From Ginglymostoma cirratum (taxonomy: Eukaryota): DNA of 64,000 bases. Shown here one piece after another: positions 24,727 to 36,005 of this stretch. The position numbers and the translations under genes were made by a program. The notes beneath the pieces are model-generated. The model searched no databases and was not told the DNA's origin. It worked only from the letters and a program-made list of their open reading frames with translations. Position 1 is the stretch's first letter, and each line of letters opens with the position of its first letter. The stretch lies in the NCBI GenBank assembly GCA_024137785.1, contig JAHRHZ010000122.1, positions 3,311,227 to 3,375,226 of the forward strand, written 5' to 3'.

Positions 24727-25175
24727 TGGCACAGCATAGGTTAGCAACGAAGCTCCCTCGACATTGTCCCATCAAATGTTCATAGCTTAGGTATGGCATA
24801 TGGTTAGATACAGAGCAAAGCTCCCTCTGTTCTTTTAATCTGAAAGCATTTTCCACTCTTTAAATTGAAAGAAAAACTTCTTGACATTGTATTTAACATA
24901 ACAAGCATGGGGCTGGATGAACACAGCAGGTCAAGCAGCATCATAGGAGCAGGAAAACTTGACGTTTCGGGCCTAAACCCTTCATCAGAAATGGGCAAAG
25001 TTTTCCTGCTCCTATGATGCTGCTTGACCTGCTGTGTTCATCCAGCCCCATGCTTGTTATCTCGGATTCTCCAGCATCTGCAGTACCTTTTATCTCTGAC
25101 ATTGTATTTACCCCTGCACTGCTGTTGTCCTAGAGTGTTTGATGGGGACAGAGTAAAGCTTCCTGTATCCGCATC
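24727..25175. repeat. Inverted array of ~65-bp units, split by the Penelope-like insertion
   Basis: ggttag...aagctccctc at 24740 and 24803; tgtcccatcaaa at about 24767 is mirrored by tttgatggggaca at about 25138-25150. Confidence 0.5.
24896..25096. mobile_element. Self-inverted Penelope-like terminal repeat (family A, young subfamily)
   Basis: Two arms are exact reverse complements over about 60 nt; hammerhead core on minus at 24961-24988; perfect 14-bp TSD tgacattgtattta at 24882-24895 and 25097-25110. Confidence 0.8.
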
Positions 25176-25504
25176 AAAAATTTCCAGAACTGGAACATAT
25201 TGATACAGAGTAGGGATTGCTCAATCATTTGTCTTAAAGTCAATGACAAACTGCAAAGAGAGATGTTACCAAGCAGATCATGTTGGGTTGCAACAATATA
25301 CAGTGAGGACTCACTGCAGATAATTACAAATTACAAATTTCAAGTACAGAATGGGTGCATGGAAATGTGTGAACATCAACTCTCTCATCATGTTACACTG
25401 TTGGATCCCAACTCCCTTTCTTGTACTGTTAACGTCCCACAAGCATTAATCACTGACCTAGTCTTAATTTTTCACTATAATGATGTTTTTCATTGATTCT
25501 TCAG

Positions 25505-25655
25505 GTGTCTCGGTGCTTGGCAGATCTTGACTGTGGCCCTGGGAACTTTTGCCTCACTTCCCATCATGACCAACCCATCTGCTCTGCTTGCAGGGGGCTA
25601 AGGAGACAGTGCCAACGTGATGAAATGTGCTGCTCGGGGAGCCACTGTTTGAATG
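25505..25655 (+). CDS. DKK4: Dickkopf-4 exon 2 (N-terminal cysteine-rich domain CRD1): VSRCLADLDCGPGNFCLTSHHDQPICSACRGLRRQCQRDEMCCSGSHCLN
   Basis: ttcttcag| acceptor, 151 nt open frame, DKK CRD1 cysteine spacing (CxxCRGLRRxCQRDxMCC), G|gtaag donor (phase 1). Translated by hand; absent from the ORF track. Confidence 0.95.
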
Positions 25656-26129
25656 GTAAGGACTGAACTGCAGCAACATGAGATTCTACCAAACAGCTGT
25701 CACACACAGTTGATGTGAAGTAAGCTCACTTCACATTATAGCCCGAAAGGAATCCAAACCAAAATGACTGCACTATCCCTGGAGTCAGTCAGTCAGTGGT
25801 GAAGCTGGATTATTCCAAATGACATTGGCGCAAAATACAAATCTTACTCTTCAGATCACACTGGGTAACTGAATGGCTACAGTTTCTGATAGACATTACT
25901 TCGACACTAGCGGAAACCATTGCTATTTAGCATTTGCACATTTGCATTAGCATATCCCAAATCAGAAGCTAAGTCTATTTTATCCGGTGTCACCTTCTCT
26001 CTGGTTGGCTTTAAGGCTTTAACAATGTTGTGTTCAAGATTTACTTTTGAAATGGTGCAGCACAGACTGAGGGGTAGGAGTCAGTGTCATTCCAGCAAAT
26101 TGAATGGAGGTAAATTCACCAGCAGTCAA

Positions 26130-26995
26130 TGAAATGGTTAGGATTTATTCACTGATCCCACATTAAAGACACAAATATTGATAGGGCGGTGAATACTGAG
26201 GAGGATAGCTGTAAACTGAGAGAGGATGGACCAGTCAGGTGAGCACAGCAATGGCAAATGGAATTCAACCCAAAAACAGTGTCAAAAAATGCACTGAGGG
26301 AGGGCTAGCAATGCAAATGATACATTATAAACTGGAGGACTCTGGGAAGTACAGAAGATCAAGAGGATCTTGGTGTACATTAATTCAATAATCTCATTAA
26401 TCGAGGCACAGAATACAAGAACAAGGAGGTTATACGAAGACTATATAAAATGCTGATTAGGCCACAACTGCAGTATTGCGTGCAAATCTGGTCACCAGAT
26501 GACAGGAAGGATGTGATTACATAAGACAGAGTACAAAGGAGATTTACCTGGATGCTGTATGGGCCGCAGTGTGGACGATGAAGAAAGACTGGAGAGGCTG
26601 GGGTTGTTTTCCTTGAAGCAACAAAGGTTGAGAGGGCACCTGTTATGAGAAGGGGTATAAGATTGAAACATTTAAATAGAACACATTTTCCTTTTCCACT
26701 GGTAGACCGTAAATAACCAAGAGCATAGATTTAGGCAAGAGGTAGAAGGCTAAGTGGAAAATGAAGAGAATTTTTTTCACTCAGAGGGTGGGGAATCTGG
26801 AACTCACTGTCTGAAAGGGTGGTTGGGACAGAAACTCTCAAAAGATTTAATCAGTATTTAGATATTTGCTTGTATTCCCATCACCTCAACAGCTGAAAAA
26901 TGAGAATAGTGTAGTCAGATCCTTGCTGACTATTGCAGACATGTTGGGTAAAATGGCCTCCTTCTGCACTGCAAACATCTTATGAGTCTACTCCA
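26130..26995 (+). mobile_element. Decayed CR1 LINE 3' fragment in DKK4 intron 2
   Basis: Aligns by eye to the young CR1 (tattgcgtgcaaatctggtcacca, ggagatttacctggatgctg, ttcactcagagggtgg). Confidence 0.75.
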
Positions 26996-29900
26996 ATTCC
27001 TGCTGAGCATACCAGTGGTACATGACATAACTATTTCCATCTAATGGAGTTCCTTTCCCTTGATCTATGGACAATGGAATAACCTTGCCTTTTAACAGAA
27101 TTCTTTAGGAACAAATAGAACATAGTGACTCAAACAACCGTAGGTAGCAAGCAAAAGGGGAATGGAATGAAAAGGTACATAGAGATGCAAATCTGCTCCT
27201 TACACAGGTGAGGGAGAGACAGACCAGAAACATCCCTGAAAAACTGTACAATGATATCATGACAATAAATGAAGCTCTTTGGTTTAACGCTCCCTCAGCA
27301 CTGCCTCTGACTTTTTTAAAATCAGGCTTAAAACCAGGTTAAACAGCCATGTTGTGCCACTGCAACCAAAATACAAACTAGCGGTTAACAAAATATCATT
27401 GTCCGAAGTAATAGTGCACTCCAGCCCTTGCAGTGCTCACTGGTCTCTAAAGACCTCTATTGTGCCAGTGGACACCGCTCACTCTCCGTAGATCTGAGTT
27501 TGGAGGTAACTGAAAAAAAAGGGCAGGCAGTTAGTTAGAATGACTCCTCCACAGCCTGCTGCCTGATCCTGTTAATGGCCACTTTGGCCAAGCCCAGGAA
27601 CAAACCTACAGGGCACCCTCTGACCTGCCCAGCCTAACCACCGGCATGGGGTGCCCACAGATCAGGAGCATGGAGCTGAAATGCAACCAAAAATTTAGCA
27701 GCAGCCCCTCCAAAAAACTAAGGAGTGGCTGCAAATATAAACATTCACTGTAAACATGGAAAACCATTTTCCCCGGCATCCAGAACGTATTTAACTCACT
27801 ATTGCATGGGACTTCCACAGGCAATTCTCCTTGACATTGAAGCACACACTCTGGAAAACCTGCTTTTCAGACTGCCAATGTGTAAGTGGCCATTGTTAAG
27901 CATCTTGCAGAGTTATGGATTAATAACAGAGTTTCACCACGCCTTAAAGCAATGGTTATTCGATGCCAGCAATGAAGTGCAAAGAAGGACGCTTGGCTAA
28001 TCTTCTGCTTCAAATCTTAGTTTATTATGAATAAGAAACTATTATGCAAGAAAATAAGTGACTGTGACAATGTTGGCTATGACTGGTTGAAGAATAACTT
28101 CCTTCAGAAGCAGAGGGGAGGTATTAATTATAGGATAGGAAGATAAATGGTGAACAAACTTATGTCTCAAAGGATTCCAAAGCAGTCAAATAAGGAAGTC
28201 TTGGTTGAGAGAAGTATCTTTGAAGTAAGTAGCTATTTATATGAATTGACTGTTTTCAAAGGATTCAAAAATAGGTACCTCATGAGGTCTTAGCTGTGAT
28301 ATGTACCTTTGAAGTAGGTAAACTAAGAATGATTTTCAAGAGTTCTTCAAAGAGCTCAAAGGAAAGAGGTAGAAGCTGAAATCAAAGTCAATCTTTGTGT
28401 GCAGTTAGGTCCATGACCAATGCTGAATACAGTATGTTATGTACAGTCCAACAAGTGTCTCGAGCTTACTCAGTGAGTCCAGCTTTCAAACTTAGCAGTA
28501 TTCCCTCAGTATTGCCCCCTGACATTGCAGAGTTCTCTTTGTATTGTTGAGCTGATACTTAATACTGTCCCCACCTGCATTAGTGTTGTATTGCCTTAGT
28601 ACAGCGGTTCTGATAGTGAAGGAACACTGAACTATTACCCCACCTCCAGTCACTCAGCACTGTCCTTCCAATGATGCTGGAGCTACACCGGCTCAGCAAA
28701 GGGGAAGATGTATGTGTTTCTACTGTGTTTCTTTGTCTAGTTTTGGGATTTATGTCCCCAGTTTGGTTGATTCAAACAAAAAGCAATTTGCAAATCCAGC
28801 TCCCATCCTTAGAAATTTCACTGTGTGTTTTCCTTTGTTTAGTTGTTTTTAAAAAATTGCTCATGGGAAACTCCAAAATTTATTCTGTTTCCTAAATTGC
28901 CCATGAGTAGGTGGTGATGAGCTGTTTTCTTGAACCACTGCGGTCTTTACAGTGTCCTACACCCACAATGCTGTTGGGAACTGAGTTCCAGATTTTGGAA
29001 TAAACAATAATGAAGGAAAAGAGACATTGTTCCAAACAGTGAGTGAGCGAACGAAAGAGCAGAACAGCGTGTGCATGAGACTGTGGGTGAGAGTGGCTGA
29101 GTGAGTGAGCACGTGTGTGTCTCTGTAAACCACCATGCATTGGTGGTGGAGAGAGTGAACATTTAAAGTGGCGGATGGATGCCAATCAAATGAGCTGCTG
29201 TGCTCCAGATGGTGTCAAGCCTCTTCAGGGTATTTGGAGGGGCACTCATTCAGACAAGTATGGAGTAATCAACCATATTCCTAACATGTGTCTTGTAGTT
29301 GGTAGACAGGCTTTGGGAAGTCAGCAGCCGAGTTACACATATAATTCCCAGCATTTGAGCTGCTGTTGCAGCCACAGCACACGTCTGGCTGGAACAATTA
29401 AGCGATCGATGTTAATCCTCAGAACACTCTTCCCTAACCAATTCATCGCCAACCAAGGTACATCTTACAAAGTCAGAAATAGGTTTTGTCAAGAAGAATG
29501 CATAAGTGGGGATTTAAAAAAAACAATCTTCAGTGCGCAGCAGTCAGTCTTTTCTCAACATAGTGCTGGCAAGACTGAACATTCCAGGAGTCATGCAACC
29601 AGAGATAAATATACATTCTGGAAAGGTGCCAGTTTTGATCCCAAATGAACTAGCTCTTCTCAGCCAGGGTGGAACATAATATTACCGCTGGCTCTGGTTC
29701 TTTAGACAAAGGAATGGAGCAATTAGCCTTGTGAGATTTGAACAAAGCATGTGCTGGTCTCCTATGGTACTGTGTTCCCAAGGAGTCAAAGCTTTCAATG
29801 GGGAGAGAATTAATTAGGTAAAACAACATCAATGTATTACTAAAACCTGTTGGATGGCAACAGCTACATCTGCAGGATACAGCTGTACTGTGCTGTAGGG

Positions 29901-30249
29901 AGTGACCCAGTCTGTAATAATTTAAAACTTTAAAATAGAACAGCCAGCAAGGAGCTAATTTGTCTTTTAAAACATGAATCTTAGCTTGCTAAATTCCGAT
30001 AAACTGCCTTCTTTCACTATTCCATTCATAGGAACAATTACTTGCAAGGACATACTTTGCGACCATTATGCCTATATTTTTTCCAGGAGATAGAACTGAA
30101 AGATGGCAATAGCTTCAAACTGAAAAATGAAATTCTGGATGTTTCAGCCATGGCACAGAAAGTTAGGTTTTGCAAATATATCATACAATGTATTAATTGT
30201 GTGTAATTTTGAAATCTCTAAGCAAACTGAGGGATGAGAATGATACAAG

Positions 30250-32035
30250 GAGCTGAATTTTACTTTTTTTGGGACTCATGCGAGTTGAGTCAAGTTTTTT
30301 GGAGGGGTTCTCACGATAAGGCCCAGCAGGACATCCCACTAAATCTTACCAAGCGTCCTTCATTAATTTAGTAACTTGTCCCCATGGGATCCCTCTCATC
30401 CACTTTTAGTGCTATCTTACCACATTCTGTTCTCTGAACAACTTGCCATTTGCTGGTTATCCATCAAAAGATCAGCAGACTTGCACCCACACCATCGTCA
30501 AAAACCTGTTGTGTACCTAGACAAGCACAATCAATACAGAGCCATCCTGCACGGTTCCCAATATTTGCCCTGGATGTGACAGACAGGAGGAAACTGCCAC
30601 CCCGCTTTGCAAGACGGACCTAGTGGATGGTGCAGACACAGGAGTTCCTCCTCTCCCAACACCAGCAGCACAGGCCACAACCCCAGACCTTGTCAGTCTG
30701 ACCAAAGGTTGCCACCTGAATCAGTACAGTCTCAGCCATATGGAGGAATGCTCACCACTGCAGAAAGAGGGTCAATGCTCTTCTCCGCCTTGCCAGCTTA
30801 TGTGCCACCATCATCTCTCTGGTGCCTCACACTCACTCTGTTTTTGCTCATGCACCAACCTCCCACCATGGCTCATGGTCTACTACTCCCATGATTGACT
30901 GCAACATCTTCCCTCACTTGCTGTCACCCACCACAATCCCTGACATCACTAACGATACACACACTCTGTGCTGGCCACTCACTCACTTGGGACATCGCCA
31001 TACCTGCACCAAAAGTAACAGCGATGCCACCCACTTTCATCTCCCTTAATATCTGCTTCTCTCTCACTCCAGGTGGAAAACAGTCCCCAGTGGGGCAAAA
31101 AAACTCAAGAAAGGTGGTGGGCTGCCTGACGTCGCTCCTCACCCTGCATGTGGAGAGCATTCTGACTCTTGACTGTCCCAAATAGCTGACTGTTATCAAT
31201 TCCCTTGAGGTGATAGCACAGTCTAAACTCGACTTACTTTACTGGGAACACCTGAGCAAACGCTATCCCTGAACTTGACAGAGATCTTTTTTAGCTTCCT
31301 AGCTTCATGTCTGCACTAAACAGCAAAACAAGACAGAAGTAATACCTTTGACTGAGGGTCCAAAGTGCAGAAAAGCAAGGCAAGGTAATGCAAGGCAGGA
31401 TGCTGTGAGCATCCAGGTAGGTTCAGTGAGTGAGTGCTGTGACAGCAAATGTACAGCTCGAGATGCAGCCTTATGTAGTCCATGAGCGGACTTCATGTCC
31501 CTGAGCGCACACTGTCTTTGCAGCAATGTTACAGTAATGATAGCTGTTGGTGCAGCCCGAGTTGCAATACTGAAGTGCAGAGGCATCGTATAAGTGGATC
31601 AGAGATGTGCCATGAGAGCTCTTAGAAGCTAGCACATGTTGAATGTCAGTGTCTGTAGACGTGCATCATGTGCGGCTACTGCCCATGAAGAATGCATAGT
31701 GTCTGACATGGAGGTCCTTTGGAGCAAACAGCGAGCTGAAAGTTTGATTTACATGCGAGTTTGCTTTCCGTCCAGCTTGTTTGGTACATTTGGTACATCT
31801 GGTAAGATGGGAAGCTGAACATTAATGGGGTGATTTGGGCCATTAATAGGGCGTTTAACAAGCTACAATCCCCCTTAATTGACAACTCACCTGTCCCCAT
31901 TGAGAAACTCACCACACTGCTTCGAAAATCATAAAAAATGAAGCTCCTGACAGTGATATAGGCCTTGCTGCATTTCTCATCTGATTCTGTCATAAATCTC
32001 ACCCACAATGCTCAGATGCTGCTAAAATTCTGCCC
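30250..32035 (+). mobile_element. Non-autonomous PIF/Harbinger DNA transposon with a decayed Myb/SANT-like ORF, in DKK4 intron 2
   Basis: Imperfect TIRs GAGCTGAATTTTAC / reverse complement GGGCAGAATTTTAG; 3-bp TSD AAG at 30247-30249 and 32036-32038. An internal frame at about 30645-30797 reads ...TLSV*PKVAT*ISTVSAIWRNAHHCRKRVNALLRLA, resembling the Myb/SANT (trihelix) helix pattern. Confidence 0.65.
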
Positions 32036-32250
32036 AAGGTACCCAGAAATGATAAATTTGACATCATATGCATTGTAAAGTCTTGGGTTCACCCGAACAT
32101 TCACCCAAACTTTTCACAACATGTTTACACTTTCTTCTGGTACAGACTACCTGTGGGAGACATGGGTGATGTTGGGTTGTAACTCAGAAGGTAGGGGGTG
32201 GGGGGAAGAGAGAGAGGGATGGGAGTGGGAGTGGGAGTGGGACGGAGAAA

Positions 32251-32254
<4 letters not shown>

Positions 32255-32296
<42 letters not shown>
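32255..32296. repeat. (GA)21 microsatellite preceded by a G-run/(GGGAGT)n tract
   Basis: Read directly from the sequence. Confidence 0.95.
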
Positions 32297-32300
<4 letters not shown>

Positions 32301-32753
32301 CATGACAACATGCTGGTTTACCTTCAAGTGCTGCTGGTCCCACTGCCTCTGGCGGGTTTATCATTGAGCATGGCTCGTCTCTCTGGTAACAATGTCTTCC
32401 TGGGAATATGGTAACTGTCAAATTTAACTTTAAAAACAATTAAAATTGAAATCTGCTGATGGTCAATCCCATCTAGGATCTTGCACATGTCTTAAAAATT
32501 GAAATTCCTTATTGCTTCTTGCACCAAAGTAAGTTGTCTGATCAATCTATTCAACAGATGCAAGTGTGTCCCCGATATCAAATAAAAAGTGTCCTCATTT
32601 CTACCTGTAACTGGGGATCACTTACACTTCAAACTACATGCACACGCACCAGAACAGAAAGTTACAATGAGCTATAAATGCCGACTGAATGTCATTTAAT
32701 TGGAAATTAGAAACTCAAAGTTAACATTTTCCCTGGTCTATGAGAACACAAAT

Positions 32754-33054
32754 GGGGCAGCACTTTGACTCAGTGGGTAGCACTGCTGCCTCACAGCACC
32801 AGGGACCTGGGCTCAATTCCACCCTCGGGCGACTGTACGTGTGGAGTTTGCACATTCTCCCTGTGTCTGCATGGGTTTCCTCCGGGTGCTCCAGTTTCGT
32901 CTCATAGTCCAAAGATGTGCAGGCTAGGTGGATTGGCCATGCTAAATTGCCTGTCGTATTCAGGGATGTGGAGCTCAGGTGGGTTATAGGGGGATAGGTC
33001 GGTGTGGACCTGGTGGGCCGACTGACCTGTTTTCACACTGTAGGGATTCGATGA
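32754..33054 (+). mobile_element. tRNA-derived SINE (HE1/V-SINE type of elasmobranchs)
   Basis: A-box TGACTCAGTGG, B-box GGCTCAATTCC, V-domain gtggagtttgcacattctccctgtgtctgcatgggtttcctccgggtgctccagtttc, CR1-like tail. Confidence 0.85.
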
Positions 33055-33991
33055 TCAATGATCTTCTGTGAACGACTGGGCAATCAGATGGCTCTCTCCT
33101 TTTCTTAAGTGCAGCAAATTTGAGAGCAAAGAATGGAGAGTACTTGCAAATATTTTATGTCAATGGTACAGCACACTACACATTTAATTGTCACATCTGT
33201 CTTCCAGGGAAAGTACAAAGCACAACTTCCTCAGGAGGAGGGAGACAAAATCTAGAGTCTCTGTTAAGCTGGAAAACCCAACAGACTCTCGGACGAAAGA
33301 AACTTTGAAGAATTTAAGGAGTTTAAACATTGCAGTGATTTAGAGGGAGGAAAAAGAATGTATAGGATGAGTTAGGACGCTCAAGAGGATTAAAAAGAAA
33401 ACTAAGGAAAACAATGATCATAGCAACTAGCTGCTACATTAGAAGGCACATTGTGAAGGTGGCCTTCTGACTGGGAAAGTGTGCTGAAAAAAAGGGAAAT
33501 GAACACTGCTATGTGGAAAGTATTCCTTGACGGTTAAACATACAGAGGATCTGGCTACAAACTTGCAATAACTGAATGAAATTCTTGCAGGCAATCTGGT
33601 TCCTCATCCAACAGGAAATTAGCTGTCTCCTCTTATGAAGTTGAGTTCTGTATAAAGTTAAGAATCTTTAACTCAACTCATGTTTCATCAGAAATCTGCT
33701 CAGAAGTACACCTTTGAAAAGTATCTTTAATCTTAACTGCTTCCCCTCACCCTCGACTAGCCTGAGGCACTGCTTTTATACAGCTGTATCCTGCGTAAAT
33801 CTACACCTACCACTGTTAAGTGTCACACAATAAAGTTTGTTTTAAAAGCCTTTCCATCTTGCGAACGCAATTCATGGTGAAGTACCAAAATTGTTTGGGA
33901 AGATTGATCCCTTGGGAAGGTGTGGAGTTGAGTGGGAGGGGGGGTTGTTGGCAATTTCTGACAGACAACTCTTTTGTTCGCTCTCTCTTAG

Positions 33992-34159
33992 ATGTATGTA
34001 CACGAACAGAAGGGCAGATTGCAGAAAAGCCATCCGAGGCTACACAACCTCAGAAAACAAAAGGTGGCAAAAAGGCAAAGAAACCCAACACTCAAGAAAT
34101 AAAGGAGACTCGACAGAAAAATCAAAAAGAAAATCTCGACAAACCACAAATGATGAAAG
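33992..34159 (+). CDS. DKK4: Dickkopf-4 exon 3 (last CRD1 cysteine and Lys-rich linker): DVCTRTEGQIAEKPSEATQPQKTKGGKKAKKPNTQEIKETRQKNQKENLDKPQMMK
   Basis: Polypyrimidine tract and ttag| acceptor; 168 nt with phases 1/1 compatible with exons 2 and 4; starts DVCT as in DKK4; AAAG|gtaat donor. Lies within ORF 33820..34242. Confidence 0.9.
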
Positions 34160-34691
34160 GTAATAGGTGCGACCAGCTAAGGCTGCCACTTTTGATTTCA
34201 GCCATTTCTGCATTGTCTGGGTTTTATTGTACTTCACTCTAGAAACCCAGAGGCCGAATAATCATACTAAACCGCAGCTTCTAAAAATAAATAAATGAAC
34301 ATAATCAATGACCACAGCAGGGAATTCTTTCACTCTGCACAAACTAACATGGTTTATCTCCAATAAAGTATGAATAATTTAATAGAAACATTCACTGTTT
34401 GGAGTCAAGTTGTGAGGAAAATGTTGGATTTAAAAATGATGTTGGTTCCGCACCAGAAAAATGTTGGCCGTGCCCCTTTAACACGCAGTTCTATGTTCAG
34501 AGTCTAACTGCATTACTAACTGGAGTTTGGAAACAAAAGGATGCAGTTTAGCCCCTTCAACCTTTTCCATGAGAAAATGGTTCATGGTTGCTCTGAGATC
34601 CAATTTCATTCCAGGACGGCTAGTGATTTCTGAACGTTGCACTCTCCTACGTCCACATTTGCAGGTCAAATTGGTGATGCTGGTTATCTTT

Positions 34692-34837
34692 GTATCAGAG
34701 ATAATAGGAACTGCAGATGCTGGAGAATCCAAGATAACAAGGTGTAGAGCTGGATGAACACAGCAGGGCAAGCTCTCCTGCTGCTATGATGCTGCTTGGC
34801 CTGCTGTGTTCATCCAGCTCTACACCTTGTTATCTAG
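34692..34837. mobile_element. Self-inverted Penelope-like terminal repeat (family A; ribozyme core lost at the junction)
   Basis: Inverted arms agataacaaggtgtagagctggatgaacacagcagg / cctgctgtgttcatccagctctacaccttgttatct; 13-bp TSD gctggttatcttt at 34679-34691 and 34838-34850. Confidence 0.8.
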
Positions 34838-35574
34838 GCTGGTTATCTTTCCTACTTAACCTTTTGTCATGACAGTGATGATTAATTTCAGTCCTTTAGA
34901 ATTAGCAGAGGCTTAGATCAATGAACAGGAGAAGGGTGGGCTGATTTCCATACAACCTATGTTCAGCAATGTTTAACCACCAACCAACAGAAATGCTTCT
35001 CGACGAGTACACGAAAATAATACTCGCAGCTTGCTTTACTTCTTTACCATGTTAAGTTTTCAGATAGTTTTTTTTCAGACGATTTAAGCAAAAATATATC
35101 ATTCGGTTAGATTTGTCATCATCTTGTGTTCAGGCTTGGCATGACAGAATTACATGATTGGCTGATAAACTGCCATTATTGTCACTTTTCCATCAATATT
35201 CTTATGAACAAAGGTGACATCAAAATAAAACTTTTTAAAACTTCTAAAATTTGTAACTCAACATCAGGCAATACATCAGTGCAGAATTTTCTCATGAGAG
35301 ATTAAATGCTGTTTCCTGTATACTGGACCAGTTTCCACGTGAAAGGAAGTGCACTGATTGGCCAATTAGCTCTGTTTATTTGTATCATTAAAGGCACTTT
35401 TATAGAAAGTCTTTTAAATGGCATTCCAGGAGCTCTAGTTAAATCTCATTTCTGACACTAACAGAACATTTGAGCCTTCCCCCTGCATTAACTGGCTCCG
35501 CTTTTGAAATTAATAATACCAAACGTAATTTGACCACTGCTCCGACAAAACACTTGTTCTACATTCTACAAAAA

Positions 35575-36005
35575 TATAATCAAGAAAGATATTCCAAAAT
35601 GCTTCACAGTCTTCAAAGTACTTCGGAGTTGTAATGTAGTGAATTGCCAAAGCACATTTTATGTGTAACGTGGAGAAAAGTAGCAAAGAAAACTGTTTGC
35701 AGCAAGGCCTCAGAAACAACAATGAGATGTATCACCAGAAAATTTACTTCAGTAATGACAGTATTGGAGTAAATAATGCCAGCCACCAAGAGAGCTCTCT
35801 CATATGGGATTCTGAGCATCTATCTTTTAAGGGCAGATTGGGCCATCATTTCTCTTTCTAAAGAAATCTCCTCCAGCAGTGCAGCACACTCTTGATGTGT
35901 CATTAAAGCATCGGCTGAAATTATGCGCTCAAGTTTTTAAAGAGTGGAGCTTGAACCCACAACTTTTTGACACAGAGGCAAAAATAATACCACTAAATTA
36001 AGACT
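35575..36005 (-). mobile_element. Old tRNA-derived SINE with Deu-like core and L2-like tail (DeuSINE type)
   Basis: B-box (gggttcaagctcc on minus, about 35946-35958) and a tail similar to the plus-strand copy at about 18840-19140 upstream of DKK4. Confidence 0.5.

Noticed and set aside
29115-29648. 177-aa plus-strand ORF in DKK4 intron 2
   Set aside because: Runs through antisense LINE remnants and a decayed repeat; no recognisable domain or splice context.
32754-32825. tRNA genes at 32754, 55008 and about 53990
   Set aside because: A/B boxes continue into SINE bodies and no full cloverleaf is evident; these are SINE heads.
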